Shown: positions 1 through 8,232, counted from the first letter of the stretch. The stretch is DNA of 32,000 bases from Promethearchaeota archaeon (GCA_016933055.1 JAFGBS010000004.1:240001-272000), one strand, 5' to 3'. The notes: generated by a model not told the origin, from the letters alone. A program made the numbers and translations.

Positions 1-220
1 CACTCAAGGCGATAGCGTACTTTTTAATACCCGGGAGACACGCAACATTGCTAATTTGATCCAGAGTTTTATCTTGTTTGATCTTTCTGAGTAAAAATTC
101 ATTAGCATATACTCTAGCAGGGACAAGCATATCGAATTTCTGTATATCATCATGAACTTTTACGACTTTGCTTTGCTTTGAGATCTCATAGATATTATCG
201 TCAATTTTCTCAATTTGCAT
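1..220 (-). CDS. rtcB: RtcB tRNA-splicing/RNA ligase, 5' partial (runs off the left edge)
   Basis: Not in the ORF track. Manual translation from ATG at 220: MQIEKIDDNIYEISKQSKVVKVHDDIQKFDMLVPARVYANEFLLRKIKQDKTLDQISNVACLPGIKKYAIALS. This matches the archaeal RtcB N-terminus (M.VP.R.YA..LL.....D.TL.Q..NVA.LPGI.K..I). An archease gene lies about 1 kb away. Confidence 0.9.
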   Translation of the reverse strand, partial: MQIEKIDDNIYEISKQSKVVKVHDDIQKFDMLVPARVYANEFLLRKIKQDKTLDQISNVACLPGIKKYAIALS

Positions 221-436
221 TTTTTTTGCCTTTTTATGAATTTAATATTGCGATCAATCCATCGAATTTGAAAAATCTTCCCACTAAGTCTTATAGATTA
301 CAATTTCCCAGAATTTTTATTGAAAGCGATGAGGATTTTTTTAGGAACAAAATACCTATTATAATTATACTAATAAAAATTGGAATAGAGTACATTTATA
401 TCATCAAATTCCTATTGAAAATCCAAGTGAATCATA

Positions 437-1150
437 TTGATCCATTCTGTCTACGTCATCCATCAAGTTACTGGTATATGTGTCATCTATCGGAAATATG
501 GCACTATTGAGTTCAACGAAGATTTGATTGCGGGATTTCTCACTGCCTTGGGTGATTTCTCAAAAGAGGTTACTCGAGGAAAAGGTAATCTCAAAATCCT
601 TGATATGGTCGTTTATAACATTCATCTTGTGTTTAAAAATAGAATTTTGGTCGCAGCCGCCAGTGATAAGAAAGATTCAAAGGAAATTGCTCAAAATAAA
701 TTAGAGATTATTCTCAATCAATTTATTGATCGATATCTTCATATATTTGAAGATTGGAAGGGAGATGTTCGAATTTTTGAAGAATTCGACGAATACATCG
801 ATTATACACTCAGAAATGGGAAAGCTGCAGAAATACCGAGAACATTGCCATTATTACGCATATTCGATAAAGACTATAAAAAAGCACAAAAAGCTCTGAA
901 AAAAGGAGCTACATTAGGAGAAGATATACTTGAAGAAAGCGTATCAGTCGAATGGAAAAATAAAAGATTACCGGAACAAGTAATTAAACAAGGAATGTTA
1001 ACGGAAAATGAATATAAAATCGCTCATTTATGCGATGGATCTAAGGATATCAATGAAATTGCAGAAGAAATTGGAATCACCTTTGAATCAGCGCAATTAG
1101 TGATCGATAAACTTGATCGTTTAGATATGATTAAACTTGTTAGATTGTAA
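437..1150 (+). CDS. Longin-like domain protein with C-terminal winged HTH
   Basis: TTG start. N-terminal beta-beta-alpha pattern 'SVYVIHQVTGICVIYRKY...EDLIAGFLTALGDF' is typical of Asgard longin/sedlin-like domains. C-terminal 'LCDGSKDINEIAEEIGITFESAQLVIDKLDRLDMIK' is wHTH-like. Confidence 0.7.
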   Translation: MIHSVYVIHQVTGICVIYRKYGTIEFNEDLIAGFLTALGDFSKEVTRGKGNLKILDMVVYNIHLVFKNRILVAAASDKKDSKEIAQNKLEIILNQFIDRYLHIFEDWKGDVRIFEEFDEYIDYTLRNGKAAEIPRTLPLLRIFDKDYKKAQKALKKGATLGEDILEESVSVEWKNKRLPEQVIKQGMLTENEYKIAHLCDGSKDINEIAEEIGITFESAQLVIDKLDRLDMIKLVRL

Positions 1151-1195
1151 ATCTTCTTTCTCAATTTTTTAATTCAATAAAATCCATCCTTGTTT

Positions 1196-1633
1196 ATGCC
1201 TAACTTTTATGAATTCAAAGAACACCCCGCAGACATTCAAGTACATGCGGTGGGGAATACTTTAGAAGAAGCTATCGAGCAGGTAGTTATTGGAATGATG
1301 GATATAATGACTTCAGTAGAGACAGTCGATACTAAAATCTCAAAACAGATTAAGGCATCTGCCCCTGATCTTGAAATGTTAGTTGTGGATTATCTCACCG
1401 AATACTTGTTTTTTTTTGACACTGAACAATTACTGTTTTCGAAAGTTAAGGTATCACCTATTGAATTCGATGAACATACTCAAACATACCAACTTAATTC
1501 TGTTTCAAATGGAGAGTCTTTTGATTCGAGCCGCCATGAAATGAAAACAGAGATAAAAGCAGTAACCTACTCATTTCTCGAAATTCAACAAAAAAAAGAA
1601 AAATCTGAAATTTGGATTATATTTGATTTGTGA
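1196..1633 (+). CDS. Archease (RtcB cofactor)
   Basis: Motifs 'YEFKEHPADI', 'GNTLEEA' and 'TEIKAVTY', plus terminal 'IIFDL'. ATG at 1196 preferred over TTG at 1190. Confidence 0.93.
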   Translation: MPNFYEFKEHPADIQVHAVGNTLEEAIEQVVIGMMDIMTSVETVDTKISKQIKASAPDLEMLVVDYLTEYLFFFDTEQLLFSKVKVSPIEFDEHTQTYQLNSVSNGESFDSSRHEMKTEIKAVTYSFLEIQQKKEKSEIWIIFDL

Positions 1634-1639
1634 GGAACA

Positions 1640-2260
1640 TTATTCCATGGGTTTCGTAACAGCCTTTAAGTTTTCCCACATTGCATTTACTTCGTCGCGT
1701 TCTTTCTCAAGTTGTTCGCCCTTCTTTTGGAGATCCTTTTTCTTTCGATTGTATTCCCGTTCCAAATCTTTAAGTTTCATTTCCGTGGATGCAATTTTTT
1801 CTGCAGCAACCATTTTATTTTTTGCAGCTTCGATCTTTAAACCAGCATCTACTACTTTACGACGTATTTTGGCTATGTCTACCATGATATCTGCATATTC
1901 CATTCGTTTTTCTAATAACGACTTCTTTTGGATAGCTAAATCTTTCAACTTATCGTAATATTTTTCTTTTATATCAATTGCACTATCCAAATGACGGACA
2001 TATTCTTTGTTATCTTCGACTTCATCTTTGGAAATTCCAGAACGGTCTTCTCGGCTTAAAATCTCTAATTGTTTACTGAGATCTCGCAATTTTCTAACGA
2101 AAATCCCCATAAATCGTGTATAATCTCCATATTGATCCGCTAATTTTTTTTCTGCACTTGCAATTGATTTTTCACGATTACTCATTTGTTTCATCATATG
2201 AGCAATCTCAATTTCGAGTGCACTCAACATTTTCTCATCTTCATGAGTAACAATCGGCAT
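1640..2260 (-). CDS. All-helical coiled-coil protein, possibly BAR-like
   Basis: 206 aa, K/E-rich, almost no Pro or Gly, three long amphipathic segments. No recognisable catalytic motif. Confidence 0.6.
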   Translation of the reverse strand: MPIVTHEDEKMLSALEIEIAHMMKQMSNREKSIASAEKKLADQYGDYTRFMGIFVRKLRDLSKQLEILSREDRSGISKDEVEDNKEYVRHLDSAIDIKEKYYDKLKDLAIQKKSLLEKRMEYADIMVDIAKIRRKVVDAGLKIEAAKNKMVAAEKIASTEMKLKDLEREYNRKKKDLQKKGEQLEKERDEVNAMWENLKAVTKPME

Positions 2261-2384
2261 ACGGTTTTATCACATCTTTTATATTTTCATAAGGAAAAGA
2301 TCGGTATTATTTTTGTAATCTTTCACCTATACTTGATAACTATGACATAAAATAAAGTAATAAATACTTGTAAAAATTTTTGAG

Positions 2385-2780
2385 TTATTCACTAAGAGCT
2401 CTTCTCTTTTTGAATAACTCTTTCAATTCACCCATAATGGATGAACGCAAGGAAATTGGATTTGCGGGAGCTTGTGGTCGGGGGGCTGGGGCTCCTGGAG
2501 GTGGGGGGGGTGCTCCTGGTACTCCTGCTCCTCCAGATCTTGGAGCAGCCGTTCCCGGAGAGATGGTCGCACCCGAAGCGATTTGTGCTTCTAATGTAGC
2601 AACTTTGGATTGTAGATGATTTATCTGGGAGTTCATTTGAGAGATTATCGAATCCACTCTCTCAGGGATACTCATTATTACTATCATCATCTTCTCGATA
2701 ACTTCCGAAAGTCCCTCTACTTGTTCTCGAAGTGGAGCTTCTCTCATGGAGTTTAATACTGCGTTAAATTCATCTGCCAT
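2385..2780 (-). CDS. Small coiled-coil / polyproline / WH2-like motif protein
   Basis: ATG start. Heptad helix at residues about 17-68, GAPPPPPGAPAPRP at 89-102, C-terminal 'LRSSIMGELKELFKKRR'. Confidence 0.75.
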   Translation of the reverse strand: MADEFNAVLNSMREAPLREQVEGLSEVIEKMMIVIMSIPERVDSIISQMNSQINHLQSKVATLEAQIASGATISPGTAAPRSGGAGVPGAPPPPPGAPAPRPQAPANPISLRSSIMGELKELFKKRRALSE

Positions 2781-2919
2781 TTAAAAACATCCTGTATTGT
2801 TGTCGTTTTCCTTTTTTATATTATCCAAAATTAAATTATATCTAAACTATATGTATATTATATTGATTTATCTTTAATAAGTTAGCAAAGCCAAAGAAAC
2901 TAAAAAGGGGGTTATATCA

Positions 2920-3879
2920 ATTTTTTTATTCAAGATTTCCTTCATTTCTACAGATGTTCGGGATAAAATTTTATTCTTTGATCTAATACGTGCAAATCTG
3001 GAGTTATCTAATTTCAATAATACTTCCTACTCCGACACCATCGGAGTTAACATCTCGGTAAAACATCTCTACGATCAAAACGAACAGATTGCAAAGATCA
3101 TCATCTGGGATATATCACCTCAGAAATTCTTTCAGTGGGTTCGCCCATTATTCTTTAATGGCTCTATAGGGGCAATCGTTCTCCATTCAGATAATTCTGC
3201 TGAAGGGGTATCTCATACTGTAAAATTAATTCGGGAATTTCGAAAACATGCCTTTTTAAAATATCTGGTTATCCTCACAAAACCCTTCGAGATTGACATT
3301 CCTATTAAAGAATTGGTAGCAGAAGCACAGGATCTCGGATTCGAAATCAGGTACTTTGATATAGATGAATCTTATAACTCCGAAAATCTACCTTCTGAGC
3401 AAAATTGTGCGGAAATTTATCAAAATCTGAGGAAATTTTATGAAACTATTATCCTAGATCTATTCTCAGATGCAGTGAGTAAAATTCCTAAGAATGCCTA
3501 TAATATTACTGAATTTCGGGATATCTATTTCGACACTTTAGAAGAATATGATAATTCTTTAAAAAAAATGTATGAAATTTTAGATAGGTTAGGATTTGCT
3601 CATGATCATCGCAATATATATGTTGATATTGAAGAAGGCTTATTTTCTATTAATATTTTCACTGGTGCTTGCTATTTTCATTATCCGCATTCTTGTACTC
3701 AGCAGACAAAATATTTATGTTTGGAACCTGCAATTAAAGATTTTTCAGGATGGTCAAACATTATGTATTTACCGAAGACTTTTATGCTCTCGATCGCCAA
3801 AGCTTTCTATCTTCTTGAACACGATTTCGATAATATTGTGCTTGACCAATTGGAAGAAATAAAAAAGAAATTAATGTAA
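2920..3879 (+). CDS. Degenerate Rab/Ras-like small GTPase domain plus unknown C-terminal domain; non-canonical start (ATT 2920 or ATA 2914)
   Basis: The frame of ORF 3313..3879 is open back to 2881. The upstream part reads FLFKISFISTDVRDKILFFDLI...SYSDTIGVNISVKHLYDQNEQIAKIIIWDISPQKFFQWVRPLFFNGSIGAIVL, colinear with Rab FKI...TIGV...IWDTAGQ..F....YYRGA.G. A GGGGG SD-like run sits at 2907-2911. Confidence 0.75.
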   Translation: MFLFKISFISTDVRDKILFFDLIRANLELSNFNNTSYSDTIGVNISVKHLYDQNEQIAKIIIWDISPQKFFQWVRPLFFNGSIGAIVLHSDNSAEGVSHTVKLIREFRKHAFLKYLVILTKPFEIDIPIKELVAEAQDLGFEIRYFDIDESYNSENLPSEQNCAEIYQNLRKFYETIILDLFSDAVSKIPKNAYNITEFRDIYFDTLEEYDNSLKKMYEILDRLGFAHDHRNIYVDIEEGLFSINIFTGACYFHYPHSCTQQTKYLCLEPAIKDFSGWSNIMYLPKTFMLSIAKAFYLLEHDFDNIVLDQLEEIKKKLM

Positions 3880-5253
3880 TCTATCTATTAAATCAAGTAC
3901 TTTGGCTGCTTGATCCCGAATATGGGAAATGCTGTCTCCACTTGAAGAAAAAATTGATTTCGCAGTACCATGTATCGATGACAGAATAATCTTATTCGGA
4001 ATTGCCACAATTCCCATTAAAAGAAGAAAAACTTCTTGAATCAGCTGTGTTTTGACTCTTATTTGCTCTTGTTTCTCTTCCTCAGAGATTTTGCTTTTTT
4101 CATTTCCATCGCCGAAAATTCTATCAACTTCCATTTCTTCCCAAATATTTGATTTTAATCCATCAAAATTCACCCCTAAGTCTAATAGTGCTTTCTTAAT
4201 CCCTTCATAGAAAAGTTGAATCATTTCTTCTGGTGGAATTTCATTAAATTTGTCTAAAATCTCAGGCGGAGCTATATCAGTAAGTAATTCTATAATGGTA
4301 GCTTTGTAATCTTGCACAATATCTAGAGGAAGGGTTAATTCGGTCACTTTGATGGAATTATTATATAAATGTCCGATAAGTTTGGCAATAGCTTCCTTTT
4401 CACATGTTTTCTCAATTATTCTTCCGTTTTCGTTGAATATATGAACCAAGAGAAATCCTATGATTCTTATTACATCCTTTTCATAATTTTTGAAATATTC
4501 CATAAATTCATAAGAACTCATTTCCATTTTTTCTTCTATTACTATAACTAATTGCTTTTTGATTGCATCCAATGGTCTGGATAAAATATCATCAGCATTA
4601 TCGAAATCAGAATCCATAAGAAAAGGTCTTTTCAAAGCTGAATCTAGCTGCTGTATGTCTTGATTCAATTCTGACTTATGTACAATATGACATTTGAGTT
4701 CCAAAACATCATCTCCCCTACAAAAGCACTTCGTTTCTTGCATCAAAATTCGATAATCATTTTTTTTCAATTCCAAAATGAAATTAGCTGTTTCTTCAAG
4801 CATACCGACTAAACCAGTTGCATAAAAACTTTCTTCTGGTTGAATTTTATTACAATCAACAGAATCTAACGGAGAAGAACCATACCCTCCACATATAGGG
4901 CATTTAGAGATCCGAAAAATTAGATCGGGATATTTTTCTCCTTCTCGAGGGATTTTCTGTAATTCATATTCATCTAATTTGGTTCCAAAAATAACGAACC
5001 AGATTATATCCAATGTTTCCATTACCCTAACTGGATCATTAGGAAACATACGTAAGACAGTCATTTGTCGACGGGCAGATTCAAAAGTTCCATTTAATCC
5101 AATCATCTTTAATATCTGAGAGGCTTGTGTCTCGTTTCCCGTTACTTCTACGATTTCTTTATACATTTCTCGATACAGAAGCGTGAAAAATAATAAATTT
5201 ACACTGCGACCAAAGAATTTTGCAGTGCGCCCTACTAAAAATCGAAATACCAT
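3871..5253 (-). CDS. TRAPPC3/Bet3-V4R fold protein with long helical C-terminal extension
   Basis: 'LFFTLLYREMYKEI...ASQILKMIG...IIWFVIFG' resembles Bet3 (LFTLTYG..V.QL...V.K.L..MG). V4R-type 'CPICGG' and 'ETKCFCRGDD' are present. Confidence 0.7.
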   Translation of the reverse strand: MVFRFLVGRTAKFFGRSVNLLFFTLLYREMYKEIVEVTGNETQASQILKMIGLNGTFESARRQMTVLRMFPNDPVRVMETLDIIWFVIFGTKLDEYELQKIPREGEKYPDLIFRISKCPICGGYGSSPLDSVDCNKIQPEESFYATGLVGMLEETANFILELKKNDYRILMQETKCFCRGDDVLELKCHIVHKSELNQDIQQLDSALKRPFLMDSDFDNADDILSRPLDAIKKQLVIVIEEKMEMSSYEFMEYFKNYEKDVIRIIGFLLVHIFNENGRIIEKTCEKEAIAKLIGHLYNNSIKVTELTLPLDIVQDYKATIIELLTDIAPPEILDKFNEIPPEEMIQLFYEGIKKALLDLGVNFDGLKSNIWEEMEVDRIFGDGNEKSKISEEEKQEQIRVKTQLIQEVFLLLMGIVAIPNKIILSSIHGTAKSIFSSSGDSISHIRDQAAKVLDLIDRLH

Positions 5254-5257
5254 TGGT

Positions 5258-5734
5258 TTATTCCTCCCGTTCTTTAATTTGGTAGGTATGAATACAAGAA
5301 AGATCCCCCAAAGCTACTGATTTTATGACAGACGATCTCTCTATGTGATGTCCATATTTTTCACAGATTTTCGAAATCATAGACACAACAACCCAACAAG
5401 GTGAAATTGAAAGATCTTCACGCTTATATTTACATAAAGGGCATTTTTTATCTTCCACAATCACTTCATGAGATTCATTCTTGATGTCAATTTTGCTCTC
5501 AAAAATATTCGTGTAAATATTTTCTATCAACTCTTCAACAGAAGAACCAAAGAATTTTTTCTCTACTGCAATAGTTTCAGCAATATTTTTACCCATCCGT
5601 TGTAATTTCTGTTGGATATCCGAATCACCTATCCCTCTACTCATTAAAAACCGCAGGAAATGGTATAGATTATTTCTCATTTGATTCATAGTTGCTGTCT
5701 TACCAGCAAGCTCTATTCGTGTATAATTTGGCAT
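5258..5734 (-). CDS. TRAPPC3/Bet3-like (V4R fold) single-domain protein
   Basis: 'IQQKLQRMGKNIAETI' parallels Bet3 'QLDKMGFNIGVRL'. Cys residues in 'KCPLC', 'SPCW' and 'GDLSC'. 158 aa. Confidence 0.72.
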   Translation of the reverse strand: MPNYTRIELAGKTATMNQMRNNLYHFLRFLMSRGIGDSDIQQKLQRMGKNIAETIAVEKKFFGSSVEELIENIYTNIFESKIDIKNESHEVIVEDKKCPLCKYKREDLSISPCWVVVSMISKICEKYGHHIERSSVIKSVALGDLSCIHTYQIKEREE

Positions 5735-5777
5735 TATATGGATGTCCTTTTGATAATACCACTTAGCGATTGCAAAA

Positions 5778-6596
5778 TTAAAGTTTTAGTGTTGTCTTTA
5801 TCGGTCCAGAGATAGGGACTGCTATCGCAATTCCTACACATACCTGTAATAAATTAAATGGCATCTCCGAATACGCAGTAGCAATTCCAATAATAAAAGT
5901 ACCATAGATCAGATACCCGATAATCATGAAGATACCACCAACAAACATAGCTATAATTTTCAATGAAATTCGGGAATCAACGAATACATATATCAAAATT
6001 ATACTAAGCAAATTTATTCCCGCGATACCGGACCAGAATATGTACGTAAATTTTATATTAAACACATATAAATCTTTAAATCCGCTAATTTCAGCTGGTC
6101 CGATGTAAAAAATAAACCCTACTGAGAGAATTATTATGGTAATTATAATAGCAATGAAAATTACTGTAACTGTTTCTCTGGTTTTACTATTCCGTTTCTC
6201 TTGAACATTATGTGCTATCTGCATTAGTTTTTGATATAAAAATCCGACAATTAGCGCCTCTACTCCTTTTATAACAAGAGTACCAAGTGCATAATGAGTG
6301 TAAGTTAAAAAAATATCCGCTAAAGCAGCTCCAACGCCGCTGGATATCGCACCAATGTACGGTCCAAATAAAATGGCGGTAAGATACACCATTGATTCCC
6401 CGATATTAAAAAAACCATTAGACAAAGGGAGATATACTGTAAAAACAACGGTCACTACTGTATTTAAACCGATCATTATTGCTGTAATCGCTATATGCAA
6501 AATAATCTGTTTCGTAAATCCTTTTGCGGGAAATACTACTCTCTGTTGGTTCTCATTTGTATTCTGATCTTTATTTGCGTTTTTCGAGTTTTCCAT
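5778..6596 (-). CDS. ECF transporter S component
   Basis: 'GFFNIGESMVYLTAILFGPYIG...GVGAALADI' and 'GTLVIKG' are S-component motifs; multiple TM helices. Start is either ATG near 6596 or GTG at 6605. Confidence 0.85.
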   Translation of the reverse strand: MENSKNANKDQNTNENQQRVVFPAKGFTKQIILHIAITAIMIGLNTVVTVVFTVYLPLSNGFFNIGESMVYLTAILFGPYIGAISSGVGAALADIFLTYTHYALGTLVIKGVEALIVGFLYQKLMQIAHNVQEKRNSKTRETVTVIFIAIIITIIILSVGFIFYIGPAEISGFKDLYVFNIKFTYIFWSGIAGINLLSIILIYVFVDSRISLKIIAMFVGGIFMIIGYLIYGTFIIGIATAYSEMPFNLLQVCVGIAIAVPISGPIKTTLKL

Positions 6597-6681
6597 CGAG
6601 ATCACATAAAAGAGTACCTAGAGCAATTTGATTTTTTTGGTAAGACACATATTAATAATGAAAAACTAGCCAAATGTAAAC

Positions 6682-7692
6682 ATGCGGATGCTTATGAAAA
6701 ATAAACAAAGTACTATTGAACAAAAGATTAGTGCATTAATTAATGAATTGGTAGAGAGTACAACACAAAATCCTAAAGATAATTCCAAAATCGATTCTAT
6801 TTTAGATAAACTTCATACTATCAATACTTGGCAGATCATAGATCCTATCAAATCGGTCCTAGATATACCTGAATATCCGATCCGTGTAAAGCAAGATCTT
6901 TTGGCATTGGTAGGAAAAGTTCAGGACCCGCGAGCTGTCTCCCTACTGGGTTCATATCTAGAGAGTTCGAATCCAAAACTACGTAATATGGCGATAAAAA
7001 CATTAAGTTTTATAAAAAATCCTAAAGTTACTTCTTATCTGCTTAACGTGGTTACAAATGAAGAAGATAAATGGACAAAGATCTTCGCAATTCATGGGTT
7101 AACAAAAAACACCTCACCTAAAGTGGTTCAACCGTTAGTTCAATTATTAGGTGATACTGAGGAAGAAGTTCGAAAAGAAGCGATTAATGCATTGAATAAA
7201 ATAAAACTGGATATCGTTGATGATATATTAATCGATGCTCTCAATTCCCAAAATAGATATATTCAATTAGGGTCCGTCAGTTTATTAGGAATGAGAAGAG
7301 TTAAAAAATCGACACAATCCTTAATAGAATTGCTCGGAAATGAAGACCTTCGACTAAATCTTCTTACATGCAATTCACTATCCCAAATTTCAGATTCGGA
7401 ATCAATAAAATCTCTTTTAGAATATGCATCTAACGAGGAAACAAATACTAACCCTTACATCTTATGCATCCAAAAAATGGATAAGAAAATCATTCCCTCA
7501 TTAATTGATCTGTACACGCAAGCCAAAGATGATCAACTCATTTCCTTAATTGAATATATTTTATCTAAACGGGGATTTGAAACACATGAAGAGATTATAA
7601 ATCGAAAATTACACGAGAAGGATCTGGAAGTAAAAGAAAAATTACAAAATTTATTGAATAGAATAGATATCACATCAAAAAAGCAGGAATAA
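6682..7692 (+). CDS. HEAT-repeat (PBS lyase HEAT-like) protein
   Basis: Repeated 'L...L.D....VR..A..AL..I'-type units, e.g. 'LVQLLGDTEEEVRKEAINALNKI'. Confidence 0.85.
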   Translation: MRMLMKNKQSTIEQKISALINELVESTTQNPKDNSKIDSILDKLHTINTWQIIDPIKSVLDIPEYPIRVKQDLLALVGKVQDPRAVSLLGSYLESSNPKLRNMAIKTLSFIKNPKVTSYLLNVVTNEEDKWTKIFAIHGLTKNTSPKVVQPLVQLLGDTEEEVRKEAINALNKIKLDIVDDILIDALNSQNRYIQLGSVSLLGMRRVKKSTQSLIELLGNEDLRLNLLTCNSLSQISDSESIKSLLEYASNEETNTNPYILCIQKMDKKIIPSLIDLYTQAKDDQLISLIEYILSKRGFETHEEIINRKLHEKDLEVKEKLQNLLNRIDITSKKQE

Positions 7693-8134
7693 GAGCAACA
7701 ATGGCCCATTTTTGACTATAGATTACCATATACTCCAAAAATTTTCGAATTTCTTCAATTCTCTCTGGTTCCTTGATTAAATATTCACAAAACACTTTTG
7801 GTCCAATAGCAGCGAGATATCCATTAAGATTGTTTTCCCTTTTTATTAACAACCATAAGGGTGCATCATTTTCTTTGTTGCTAGCTAATATTAATATCAT
7901 AGGATTATTCGTCCAATCTTTATCATTAGGATCAGTTATTTTCTGAATGGATTTCTCCACGGAATATGCTTTGTTTAGTTTTATTTCTTTGATAAGATCA
8001 TCAAAATAGTTGCGTCTGATTAAGATATATTCTCCAAGTACGGCATTTCCGTCATAAAGGTTGAAAGAATGACCCGAGCCAGAATTAGAACGGATTTTTA
8101 CTGTCCATGATTTTTCTGGGAATTTTTTACTCAT
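7670..8134 (-). CDS. Hypothetical protein
   Basis: 154-aa ATG ORF filling the gap, with globular composition. No family recognised. Confidence 0.65.
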   Translation of the reverse strand: MSKKFPEKSWTVKIRSNSGSGHSFNLYDGNAVLGEYILIRRNYFDDLIKEIKLNKAYSVEKSIQKITDPNDKDWTNNPMILILASNKENDAPLWLLIKRENNLNGYLAAIGPKVFCEYLIKEPERIEEIRKFLEYMVIYSQKWAIVALIPAFLM

Positions 8135-8232
8135 TTTGATCTCGCATTAATTATATTAAATATAATATTTATTGTGTATTTGTGTATCATTTGTGTGATG
8201 TGACTTAAATCTCATTTGGAAACCGATTCAAT

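Noticed and set aside
178-510. 110-aa plus-strand ORF and other short antisense or overlapping ORFs (e.g. 1623..1958, 2380..2619, 13558..13968, 22382..22741, 23663..23998, 28749..29057)
   Set aside because: They overlap well-supported genes in other frames or strands and have no motifs, so they are treated as shadow ORFs.
3313-3879. ORF-track start at TTG 3313 (188 aa)
   Set aside because: The frame is open to 2881 and the upstream part encodes clear G-domain motifs, so the track start truncates the gene.
8172-8196. Three TTGTGT copies upstream of the PPDK-like gene
   Set aside because: Short, irregularly spaced, and in low-complexity AT-rich DNA; not distinguishable from chance.
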